Shown one piece after another: positions 54,067 to 63,047 of a stretch of 64,000 nucleotides of DNA. Made by a program: the position numbers and the translations under genes. The stretch is from an uncultured Verrucomicrobiae bacterium (GTDB lineage: Bacteria; Verrucomicrobiota; Verrucomicrobiia; Palsa-1439): contig CAWEWF010000014.1 of the NCBI GenBank assembly GCA_963812605.1, positions 800,001 through 864,000 of the forward strand, written 5' to 3'. Numbering within the stretch: position 1 is the first letter of the stretch; each line of letters begins with the position of its first letter. The notes under the pieces are model-generated. The model was not told the DNA's origin. It did no database searches and was given only the letters and a program-made list of their open reading frames with translations.

Positions 54067-54200
54067 GGTGCCTCTCCCTACTTGAACTGTCATTTCCCGT
54101 ATTGCGCAAACAAATGCAGACGTGACGTATAGCTTTGCGGTAGAAGCTGAATGCGCAAATGTTTGCAGTTGTTAGTTTATCACTTTCCGGCATGCTGCAT

Positions 54201-54219
54201 AGTCGGCAAAATTGCCGAT
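54201..54219 (-). promoter_or_regulatory. 19-bp operator, copy 1
   Basis: AGTCGGCAAAATTGCCGAT upstream of the PATR gene. Confidence 0.75.
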
Positions 54220-54261
54220 GGAACGTCATGACTGCCGGGTTGGCGCGAGAAGACGGCGACC

Positions 54262-54891
54262 TCAAACTCTCAGGTAACGGGCCACGGCCTGTGCACGGGA
54301 CTGCACATGAAGCTTGTGGTAGATATGCTCGATATGTGTATGCACCGTGCCGTAAGCAAGACCCAAGGTCTCGGCGGTTTCCTTGTAACTGAAACCTTTG
54401 ACAAGACAATCCAGCACGTCCATTTCGCGCGGTGTAAGATTTTCGGCCGCAGGTGTGACCAGAGGAGTGACACGTTTGAACGACTGCACGACTTTGCGCG
54501 CAATGTTGCTGGTCATCGGCGCGCCGCCGCTGTAAACGTCTTTAACCGCCGCCAACAATTGCGCGGTGCGCACCGGTTTGAGCAGATACCCCACTGCGCC
54601 CGCCGCGAGCGAATTGAAGATGGACTCCGGGTCTTCGTGAACCGTGAGAATGATAATTTTTGGAAGTTCCATCAGATTGGCGAGTCGGCGCACACATTCG
54701 ACGCCATTCATGCCCGTCAGGCTGATGTCCATGAGAACCACTTGCGGTTTAAGCTTCGGAATTTCACGTAACGCCTCTTCGCCGCCGGAGAAGGCTCCGA
54801 CGCACTTACAATTCGGAGCATCCTCCAGGATCTTGACCATGCTCGTGCGCACCGCGGCATGATCCTCAACAATGGTAATTGTTATCGGCAT
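54262..54891 (-). CDS. NarL/LuxR family response regulator
   Basis: IVEDH, VLMDI, GYLLK, LTPREMDVL...HIYHKLHV. Confidence 0.95.
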   Translation of the reverse strand: MPITITIVEDHAAVRTSMVKILEDAPNCKCVGAFSGGEEALREIPKLKPQVVLMDISLTGMNGVECVRRLANLMELPKIIILTVHEDPESIFNSLAAGAVGYLLKPVRTAQLLAAVKDVYSGGAPMTSNIARKVVQSFKRVTPLVTPAAENLTPREMDVLDCLVKGFSYKETAETLGLAYGTVHTHIEHIYHKLHVQSRAQAVARYLRV

Positions 54892-54990
54892 ATTCTTGCG
54901 CTTCACGGGTGACGTTTAGGATGCCGCAAACCCACGGGATTGGCTATGGCCAATCGGTCCGACAGACCTGTTCTTTTCATCACCAGACTT

Positions 54991-55140
54991 CTAATCATGT
55001 TTCGGCTCAAAATCAAGATAAGCCAAGTTCATATTGCCCTCGGTGACGATGTGAAGGGTCAAAACGCACACGCCTTTAGGCAGCTCCACTTCGGCCAGGT
55101 TGGTCATGACATTCCTTTTGGATAGGGTTGATTTCACCAT
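54991..55140 (-). pseudogene. C-terminal remnant of a CBM6-like carbohydrate-binding protein
   Basis: Hand translation (49 aa) ending NVMTNLAEVELPKGVCVLTLHIVTEGNMNLAYLDFEPKHD. Confidence 0.55.
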
Positions 55141-55144
55141 CACT

Positions 55145-56608
55145 TCACTTGGTGGGAGGCGGGGTTTCGCGTTTCAATTCCTGATCGAGGTATGCCACCA
55201 GTGTGTAGGTGCGCTCGTTGAGCTCTTTCATCGCTTCCAGCAACGGGTCGTAAGGCTCATAACGATTGCTTAAGATGCCTTTGTTAGAATCACGGTTCGA
55301 GGGATCAGCCCCAGTGTCGCCCGGATCGTTGTCCATGTATTTGAACCAATCCCAGCCGATGCAGACTTTCGATTCGAGCAGGCCGAGCGCGAAATTCTCA
55401 TAGAACCGGCCGCGGTCGCGTTGCGTCTTGACCACCCATCCCGCGCCGCCCGTGTTCGAGAGCCCGGAGTCCATGCCCTTCGCATACCACTCGGTGATGA
55501 GAACCGGCTTGCCCGCTTCGCGTTCCCACATGGCCAGGCGATCCACGTCGGGGGACCAAGCGTGATACCAGTTGACCGAGACGATATCGAGGAACGGCCC
55601 GGCGGCCCGGAACACCTCTGGATGGGAAAGGTCGGAACTGTAAAAACGTGAGCCGAGAAAGAGATGGTTCGGGTCGTATTTCTTAATCGCTGCGGAGGTG
55701 ATGCGGAAATAGCGTGCCACCACAAACTCTAGGAAGTCCGATTGATCCTGCGCGGTGACGTCCCGGGTGGTGGCCTGATCGCCGTGACGCGCGCGCAACC
55801 AGGTGAGTGCCGCCTGGTGGCCGGGATCCTTTTCTGGAAGGGCGAGGTAATTGGTCAACGATCCGGGTCTGAAGGGCAGTTCATTGTCCGAGAAATACCC
55901 AAGCAACCACGGATCGCCTTTGGCGGCGGCGAGCGGCTTGGCCTGTTCATCGCAGAAGGTTTCAAAATCGGGATCAAAAACAAAGATGCAGTCACCCGGA
56001 TAGCCGGTGTGGCCGGGTTGCGAATAAGTGCCGCCGCGCTTCCGGCCATAGCCGCCCATGAAATTCAAGATGCGCGTGTAAACCAGCGGATGCGAAACCG
56101 AGCGAAGCGCTTCGGTGTCCGACCAGGCGCCGACACCGGTGAAGCCATGTTCGCGCAGCAACGCCGTCGTCTGCACCGCCCAATTCGTCTCGCTGCCGAA
56201 CTTCGCTTGGAAAGCAGTCTTGGCACCGGCTGTCCTCAACAGCGGAGCAACCCCGGCGATTCCTTTGTGCACAGCCAGGCCGCCGTCCGGGTCAACGAGC
56301 CACCAGCGGCCATCCAGTTTCGTTGTGTGAAAGAATCCCGTGGCTTTGCTGTTAACTAGGAGTCGTCCGCCATAAGGATTCAGTCCCGAATCCACTTTTT
56401 CGCGAACGCTCGCAGGCAAGTTTTCCAAAGTGCGGGTCTGATAATTTTTCCATTCCGCACCGGGATCCTTAAAAGCAGCCGCCACCGTGCCCGGCGGCGG
56501 TTGCTGCGCCGAAAGGTTCGCGGCGAGTGTCAAAAGTGTGAGGCATACGAGCCTCGTTGCGCCCGCCAGTGCGGCCAGTCTCAGCCAGGGTTGATTTATT
56601 GTAGTCAT
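55145..56608 (-). CDS. secreted GH50/beta-agarase-like glycoside hydrolase (clan GH-A)
   Basis: TGFFHT...GRWWLVDPDG, GYFSDNEL, YDPNHLFLGSRF, LITEW. Confidence 0.8.
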   Translation of the reverse strand: MTTINQPWLRLAALAGATRLVCLTLLTLAANLSAQQPPPGTVAAAFKDPGAEWKNYQTRTLENLPASVREKVDSGLNPYGGRLLVNSKATGFFHTTKLDGRWWLVDPDGGLAVHKGIAGVAPLLRTAGAKTAFQAKFGSETNWAVQTTALLREHGFTGVGAWSDTEALRSVSHPLVYTRILNFMGGYGRKRGGTYSQPGHTGYPGDCIFVFDPDFETFCDEQAKPLAAAKGDPWLLGYFSDNELPFRPGSLTNYLALPEKDPGHQAALTWLRARHGDQATTRDVTAQDQSDFLEFVVARYFRITSAAIKKYDPNHLFLGSRFYSSDLSHPEVFRAAGPFLDIVSVNWYHAWSPDVDRLAMWEREAGKPVLITEWYAKGMDSGLSNTGGAGWVVKTQRDRGRFYENFALGLLESKVCIGWDWFKYMDNDPGDTGADPSNRDSNKGILSNRYEPYDPLLEAMKELNERTYTLVAYLDQELKRETPPPTK

Positions 56609-56742
56609 ATTGGCGGAGGGGGTGAACATTACACCGGTGCGACGCTGGAATTCACATGAAAAAGTCAACGGCTGGCGATCCACCTGATAAAAACACTTTG
56701 GCTGCCCGACACGGGCCGCGTGGTGCGGAAAACGCCAGTGGA

Positions 56743-57564
56743 TCATTTTCGGGTTTTGATTTTTGAGGCGACCGCCACCTGTGGAATCCTTTCAGGCAGG
56801 GCAGTTCCCTCGGCGCTGAATGGCGGGAAGTTCGTGGGAACAATCCAGATCCCGATACTGGGAACGGTTAGATCATGGGGATCAACCACCCAGCCTTTAA
56901 TGTTAAAGGATCCATCCTCCTCAATGGGAATTCCGTCAACGTTATGGGTTTTGTCCCACCAGACGTTGGTGATTGCGGAAACCAGCATCAGAACCCTGTA
57001 GTCGGTCGGATTGGACAGCCCCAAAACCTGGCCTGTAACCGGCTGGTTCGTGCCGACAGGGGGCGCGTCAAAATCAACGCTGGGAACAGTTTTCGGCCCA
57101 GTGCGGATGATAATCTTTGAAGCCACCGCGCTGTGTGGAATTTTCTCAGGCAGGGGAACGCCTTCGACGCTGAATTTGCCGAAGTTCGTGGAAACAACCC
57201 ACACGCCAATGAAGGGAGCTTTCAGGACATTGGTATTGTTGATCCAGCCTTTTTCAGCCGCAGAGGATGGGACCGAAAATGTCCCATCGTCCGCAATGGG
57301 AATTCCGTGGACGTTGTGGGTTTTGTCCCACCAGATTTTATTATTTTGAGAGTCAAGCAGAATGACCTCATAGGCTGACGGCGCAGCCAGCCCGGAGACA
57401 TGGCCTGTGATCGGACCGTAATCACCCAGAGCGGGCGCCTTAAAATCAACGCTGGGAGCGCAATTCCCGGCAATGGCGGCGAACAGAATGGCAAATGTGA
57501 TGCAACTGAGCCTGACGTTCCTAGTCAGGAGAAGAAGGAATGTGAGCGTTGATTTTTTGGTCAT
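56743..57564 (-). CDS. secreted protein made of two tandem copies of an approximately 115-aa beta-rich domain
   Basis: Signal peptide; PSVDF...WWDKTHNV.GIPI..DG...AVASKI occurs twice. Confidence 0.8.
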   Translation of the reverse strand: MTKKSTLTFLLLLTRNVRLSCITFAILFAAIAGNCAPSVDFKAPALGDYGPITGHVSGLAAPSAYEVILLDSQNNKIWWDKTHNVHGIPIADDGTFSVPSSAAEKGWINNTNVLKAPFIGVWVVSTNFGKFSVEGVPLPEKIPHSAVASKIIIRTGPKTVPSVDFDAPPVGTNQPVTGQVLGLSNPTDYRVLMLVSAITNVWWDKTHNVDGIPIEEDGSFNIKGWVVDPHDLTVPSIGIWIVPTNFPPFSAEGTALPERIPQVAVASKIKTRK

Positions 57565-57689
57565 AATTCTTCGTGGTTGGGCTGAGGGTGGGTTTGACGC
57601 TTTTTTCGGCAGGGACTCTGAAAAATTCGTTTGATTCTGAAGATATCATCGGGGCTTTTTTATTTTGAACTTGCGGCGGCCAGTTTCAC

Positions 57690-57708
57690 AGTCGGCAAAA
57701 CTGCTGAT
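57690..57708 (-). promoter_or_regulatory. 19-bp operator, copy 2
   Basis: AGTCGGCAAAACTGCTGAT. Confidence 0.75.
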
Positions 57709-57824
57709 AGGCCGCCGCGGAAATTCCGCCAATAGGAGAGTTCCGCGGTTGGCCATCTTGGATTTCGAGAGCGACGGGTCTGGCTATGACTAATTTCTCC
57801 CACAGCGCCATCGCCTTCATCATC

Positions 57825-60800
57825 TCATGCTGGTGGATGTTTCAACGGGATGGTGAATGTCGTTGTCGTGCCCTTTCCTTGTTCGCTGCGTTGCTCGCAT
57901 TGACCGCCAATCTTGCCCAATCGCCGACTCAGATTGCCCAGGCCGTCCGCATCTGGCGGAACCTGGTCGCCCATCTGGAATCCCTGGCCATTGTCCTCAA
58001 TTGTCAGCGTAATCGTTGCCTCCGCGAACCGCAAGCGCAGCCAGACTTCGGTCGCGTTGGCGTGTTTGACCACATTGTGCAATGTCTCTTTGACTGCCAG
58101 ATATAGGTGATGGCCCACTTCTGAAGGTAGCGGAAGGATGGGCACATCCTCAGGCATATCGAGACGGCAACGAATGCTTGCCGACCGGAGATAGTCCGCC
58201 GCGTAGGTGCAAAGATAGACAACTAACAGTTCCAGCGTATTGTTTTTCGGATTCAACGCCCACACGATCTCGTCCAAAGACCTGATCACCGTTCGCGCAC
58301 TGCGAAAAATCTGATCAAGATGCGCTTTGGCCTGGATCGGTTTGTTAAAATCCTTTTGCGCCAGTTCGCTCAAGAGGGCGATGTGCGTCAAACTGGCGCC
58401 GATGTCATCGTGCAAGTCTTGCGCGATGCGCACGCGTTCGTGGTACAGGGACGTCTCGTGTTTGAGTCTTGCAAGCCTCAGGCGCAATCGCCGGAAGGAA
58501 ACGTAGCGCACGGCGGCGATCACGCCCAAGGTGAACACGCCAAGGCTGATCGCGCGAACAGACCATCTTTCCCAGAAAAACGGCAGCACAAGTAACCCAA
58601 TGGCGGCTCCGTTTTCATTCCAGAGACCGGCGTTGTTGCAGGCAGTGACGTGAAACGTGTAGGCGCCTGCCGGCAACCTCGAATAATTCGCGCTGCGCCG
58701 GATGCCGCCATCGATCCAGCCGGGGTCCCAGCCTTCGAGACGGTAGCGGAAGCGGACGTTTTCTGGGGCGACGAAACTAAGCGCGGTAAAATCCACGTCC
58801 AATCGGCGATGACCCGGAGGCAAAACAAATCGCTGTTCGGCGTTCATTTCCGCCGGGTGCCCGTCCACCCCCACGCGCTCGATCAATACCGGAGGCGGCG
58901 CAAGGTTGGCGGGATAGCCGTGCGGATTGACCATCGCCAAGCCGGTGCGCATCGGAAACCAGAGGCACCCGTCCCGACTCCTGGCGGCTCCAGGCGCGTA
59001 TTCGAAAGAACCCTGCAAACTCGCCAACCCTTCGCCGCGCCCTAAGAGAAACGAATCCACCCGCGACACACGGCCCTCGGCCACGGCTTCGAGTTCACCC
59101 AGAGAAACTTCAAAAATCCCGTGGTCCGCTGCGCACCAAAGTCTGCCGCTATCATCCGCCTCCATCGAACAGATATACGCGTCTTGCAAACCTTGCTCCT
59201 CGCTGATATGCGCGAATTTTCCGTTGCGCAAGAGGCCCACCCCCGCCCCGGCGTAGCCAATCCACACGCTTCCATCCGCCAGTGCCGTCATGCATCGGAT
59301 GGGGATAGGATGCGAAAAAGATTGCAGCGCGGTTTCATCCTTGAGCGCGTCGCCTTCCACACGCAGCAGAACCCCGTTCTGCGTCCCGCACCAGAGCGTT
59401 CCCGCTGTGTCTTCCGCCATCGCGCGTATGACGCTGCCGATGCGGGGTTGAGCGAAGGTTTGAAACCGGTCTTCATGAAGTCTTTGGAAGCACTTGGGTG
59501 AATCGAGCGAAATCCACAGATCACCTGCGTGGTCCAAAAACAGTGCGCGCACGCTCTGGCCACCCAAACCAGTTCCAGGTCCCAGGACACGGCACTGGCC
59601 GTTGGTCCAATGCACAAGCCCGGTATCTTGAGTGCCGACCCAAACCCCGCCCGCCCCGTCGCTGACGACACAAGTGGCGCGAGCGCCCGGCCAGCCATCC
59701 TGGCTCGTGACGGTCCTCCATTTGCGCTCCGTGTAGCGGGCCAGGTCGCCGTTTTGTGCGACGGCCCACATCACCCCCGCCTTGTCCTGGCAAATCGAAC
59801 GCACCCTTGTAACCGGCAACCCCGATTCGCCCGCCTGCAATTCCACCACGCGGGGACGTACACGGTTCAATCCGCCGCCGGTGCCAACCCAAAGGTCTCC
59901 TTGGTTGTCTTCCCCCAGACTCAAGATTTCTTCGTGCGAAGTTTCCACCTGCTCGAAATTCGTTCCGTCGTAATGAAACAAACCAACGGACGTGCCCACC
60001 CAAACCACACCGGTTCGGTCCTCAAATACCACCGTCGGTTCGATACCCGAACGGTCAGTCGGCAACATGCCACGGAAGACGGCGGTGCCATTCTCGTCGC
60101 AATGCCACAACTGCAACCCGGCGCAAATCAACATCCCGCCCCCGCGAGCGCGCCCTAGTTTAAAGGCCGTCTCACTCAACGCCAGGAGCGGTTGAAAACT
60201 TTCGTCGCGGACAACTCCAATGTGCCCCGCCTTGGCGAACCACACCTGGCCGTTGATGTCACTGGCCAGGGTACATGGCCCGCTGCCGGCTGGAGCCTTG
60301 CTGTCGGCGAATCGAGTCACATGACCATTGGCGATCCGGCACACACTGCCATCCGCGTAGCCAATCCACATGTCGTCTCTTCGATCTTGAGCGATGGCTT
60401 GGGGCCTGCCGTAAGAGATGCCATCTTTCGCCGTAAATAAATTCGTCCCCTGCGGCGACAGCATAACCGCCAGCCCGCCTTCCAGCGCGAGCCATATCTG
60501 ATTTCCCTGCCCCAACGACATCACACGAATAAGCGGACGGGTGCGCCCAGAGGGATTCGGCAATGCAAAGTCCTGAAAACGAGCGCCGTCAAATCGCGCC
60601 AACCCGCTCTCGGTCGCGACCCAGAGGTACCCATCGGGCGTCTGAGCGATGCCGGTGACGCTGTTGTCAGGCAACCCGTTATCCATTTGCCAGACACGCG
60701 CCGACCATGTGGAAATGTTCGTAGTCGCCAAAGCTTCCATGGCGAACACACACATTCCGGCCAGCAGCACCGCCCACATTCGCGACATCTTTTGCGCCAT
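57825..60800 (-). CDS. sensor histidine kinase with periplasmic beta-propeller (Reg_prop), YYY, HisKA_3 and HATPase domains
   Basis: QTPDGYLWVAT, repeated DxxGxxWxGT, FRYRLEGWD, ERVRIAQDLHDDIG, EDNGQGF. Confidence 0.93.
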   Translation of the reverse strand: MAQKMSRMWAVLLAGMCVFAMEALATTNISTWSARVWQMDNGLPDNSVTGIAQTPDGYLWVATESGLARFDGARFQDFALPNPSGRTRPLIRVMSLGQGNQIWLALEGGLAVMLSPQGTNLFTAKDGISYGRPQAIAQDRRDDMWIGYADGSVCRIANGHVTRFADSKAPAGSGPCTLASDINGQVWFAKAGHIGVVRDESFQPLLALSETAFKLGRARGGGMLICAGLQLWHCDENGTAVFRGMLPTDRSGIEPTVVFEDRTGVVWVGTSVGLFHYDGTNFEQVETSHEEILSLGEDNQGDLWVGTGGGLNRVRPRVVELQAGESGLPVTRVRSICQDKAGVMWAVAQNGDLARYTERKWRTVTSQDGWPGARATCVVSDGAGGVWVGTQDTGLVHWTNGQCRVLGPGTGLGGQSVRALFLDHAGDLWISLDSPKCFQRLHEDRFQTFAQPRIGSVIRAMAEDTAGTLWCGTQNGVLLRVEGDALKDETALQSFSHPIPIRCMTALADGSVWIGYAGAGVGLLRNGKFAHISEEQGLQDAYICSMEADDSGRLWCAADHGIFEVSLGELEAVAEGRVSRVDSFLLGRGEGLASLQGSFEYAPGAARSRDGCLWFPMRTGLAMVNPHGYPANLAPPPVLIERVGVDGHPAEMNAEQRFVLPPGHRRLDVDFTALSFVAPENVRFRYRLEGWDPGWIDGGIRRSANYSRLPAGAYTFHVTACNNAGLWNENGAAIGLLVLPFFWERWSVRAISLGVFTLGVIAAVRYVSFRRLRLRLARLKHETSLYHERVRIAQDLHDDIGASLTHIALLSELAQKDFNKPIQAKAHLDQIFRSARTVIRSLDEIVWALNPKNNTLELLVVYLCTYAADYLRSASIRCRLDMPEDVPILPLPSEVGHHLYLAVKETLHNVVKHANATEVWLRLRFAEATITLTIEDNGQGFQMGDQVPPDADGLGNLSRRLGKIGGQCEQRSEQGKGTTTTFTIPLKHPPA

Positions 60801-60992
60801 GACAGGCCGATGGTATGCTCGACGCGCACCGCCCGCAAGCGAAGGAAGACGCCCAAAATAGTTAATAAAACGACAAGGCACCAGCGCGTGGCGGCTCTTT
60901 ATTCTTCGGCTTAAAATCAAGTTAACGAATCCTCAAAATTAGAATACCGGGTCGCATAATCCTCATTTTGCCCGATCGGCCGCCGTAAGCAT

Positions 60993-61011
60993 ATCAGCAG
61001 TTTTGCCGACT
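60993..61011 (+). promoter_or_regulatory. 19-bp operator, copy 3
   Basis: ATCAGCAGTTTTGCCGACT, the exact reverse complement of copy 2. Confidence 0.75.
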
Positions 61012-61048
61012 ATTCATTCTGTCTTAATTTCGTTTTCATCTTCGCACT

Positions 61049-61300
61049 TTGAGAACATTCCATCTCTTTCTGGCGCAAGTTTTCTGTTCATTGGTTTTTG
61101 CTGACATTGCGTCGGCACAACCACTGCCGAAAGTCGGGTTGCGACAGGTTTATACAAACTTGCAAATCGACCCTCTGGTTTGGATGAGTGAAGCGCCAGA
61201 TGGTTCTGGCCGGTTTTGTCGTCCGTCAGGCCGGAACACTTCTTGTCTTCAAAAAAAGATTCGGACGGCGGCGACGCGAAGGAATTTCTGAACATCGAAC
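61049..61300 (+). pseudogene. N-terminal remnant of a glucose/sorbosone (PQQ-type) dehydrogenase-like protein
   Basis: Signal peptide, EAPDGSGRF, then shifted VVRQAG...AKEFLNIE and truncation. Confidence 0.55.
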
Positions 61301-61372
61301 TTTACGCCCTCATGCTTGACGGATATATTTATTCAATGACTGTGCAGTGACGCAAACTCTAATCTTAATCTT

Positions 61373-62878
61373 ATGGACCACCTTTCTTCCTCCAGGCGAA
61401 TGGAAAAATTCTGCTTCCCGCTCTGTTGGTTCAGCCTGACATTGTTGATTTCTCATCCCGCCATGGCCCAGACTCAGCCTGTGGCCGTGACCGTGGCCGC
61501 TGATACAGGCGGCGCGGATCTTCCACCTCGCTTTTTGGGCCTGAGCTACGAGATGTCGATGCTTCTGCCCAAGGATGGGCGATACTATTTTGATCCCAAA
61601 GATCAGGCGCTGGTTAATGCCTTCCAGACACTTGGCATTAGGAGTCTGCGGGTAGGGGCCAATGCGGTGGATGATCCGCGCATTCCGATTCCGAAGGAAA
61701 AGGATATTGATGAATTATTTGACTTCGCCCGGGCGGCCGGAGTGAAAGTGATTTATTCGTTCCGCTTGAAAAACGGTGACCCCACCAATTCAGCGCGCCT
61801 GGCCAGCTATATTGCGGCACACGATGCGGATGTGCTGGAGTGCTTTTCCATCGGTAATGAGCCGCACTTGTATCCCGCTAAAACCAATGAGTCCGATCAT
61901 TCCGTCAAAACTAATGGGCCCCATTTGCATCAAACATACGAATCCTTTTATGCGCATTGGAAGCCGCATTACGACGCCATTCTGAAGTCAGTGCCCGGTG
62001 CAATGTTTGACGGGCCGAGCGCCGATGGAAAGTTTGCCCTGAATCTGGCGAAAGACGTGTTTGCCGATGGGCACCTGGCAATGGCGAGTGATCATTATTA
62101 TTTTCTTGGCTCGGGCCGGGCGGGCGAAACGAATCCGCCCGCGACCCGGGTAAGATTTCTTTCCAACGACCGCAATAATGATTACGAAAAAGACTATGCC
62201 CGCGTCGGCGCGGTGCTGGCCGCCCGGGGAGTGCCCTACCGGATCGATGAAATGAACAGTTGTTACAATGGAGGTGCCAAAGATTCGAGTGATACCTACG
62301 CGTCTGCCTTATGGGCGCTGGACTGCACCCATTGGTGGGCCGCGCATCACATCCTGGGCGTGAATTATCACACCGGGGAATCGGTGGGTCGGGATGGTAC
62401 TTTTGGTCCTCCCAATTACGCCGCCTTCGTTCGTCAGGCGGACGGCCACGGATTCGACATGCGACCCCAAGCCTATGCCTATCTGGCTTTTGGTCAGGGC
62501 GCGCATGGCCGACCACTCGGAACGAATATACAAGCGGCACCCACATTTAATTTCAATGCCTACGCTTATCGGGATGGAAATGGCTCCTTTTACGTGACCC
62601 TGATCAACAAGAGCTTTGGCGACAAAGGGCAACCGGCTTCTGTTTCCATCCATTTGCCCAAAAGCACGGACTCAGGGGCATGGCAGCGAATGGATCTAGT
62701 GCAGAAGGATCAGGATATCGCCGCCAAAACGGGCGTTGTGCTGGGCGGCGCTGCCATTGATCCGCAGGGAAATTGGGCGGCCCGATGGGAAAGGCTTGAA
62801 AGCGGTAATTCCGGCGACCCGACGGTTCAGGTGGCACCCGCCTCGGCGACGATCCTGCACTTTTCTCCTGCGAAGTAG
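61373..62878 (+). CDS. secreted GH79-like glycoside hydrolase
   Basis: FLGLSYE, LRVGAN, SIGNEP, RIDEMNSCYNGG, SDTYASALWALD, GVNYH. Confidence 0.82.
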   Translation: MDHLSSSRRMEKFCFPLCWFSLTLLISHPAMAQTQPVAVTVAADTGGADLPPRFLGLSYEMSMLLPKDGRYYFDPKDQALVNAFQTLGIRSLRVGANAVDDPRIPIPKEKDIDELFDFARAAGVKVIYSFRLKNGDPTNSARLASYIAAHDADVLECFSIGNEPHLYPAKTNESDHSVKTNGPHLHQTYESFYAHWKPHYDAILKSVPGAMFDGPSADGKFALNLAKDVFADGHLAMASDHYYFLGSGRAGETNPPATRVRFLSNDRNNDYEKDYARVGAVLAARGVPYRIDEMNSCYNGGAKDSSDTYASALWALDCTHWWAAHHILGVNYHTGESVGRDGTFGPPNYAAFVRQADGHGFDMRPQAYAYLAFGQGAHGRPLGTNIQAAPTFNFNAYAYRDGNGSFYVTLINKSFGDKGQPASVSIHLPKSTDSGAWQRMDLVQKDQDIAAKTGVVLGGAAIDPQGNWAARWERLESGNSGDPTVQVAPASATILHFSPAK

Positions 62879-63047
62879 TCTCTCATCTTCACCTGGACAA
62901 AGGCAAAACACGAAAAATCCATTCTGCGGTGCCGTTGCGACAGCCCCGCTGATCCTACTCATGAACAAGCCTATCGCGTCCGCCGTGGTCATTCCCTCTT
63001 GATGGGGATTGAAAAGCAAAACGATTTCACCCATTCTTGAATCGTCC

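Noticed and set aside
46735-54093. Classical autotransporter
   Set aside because: No C-terminal translocator barrel or terminal aromatic residue
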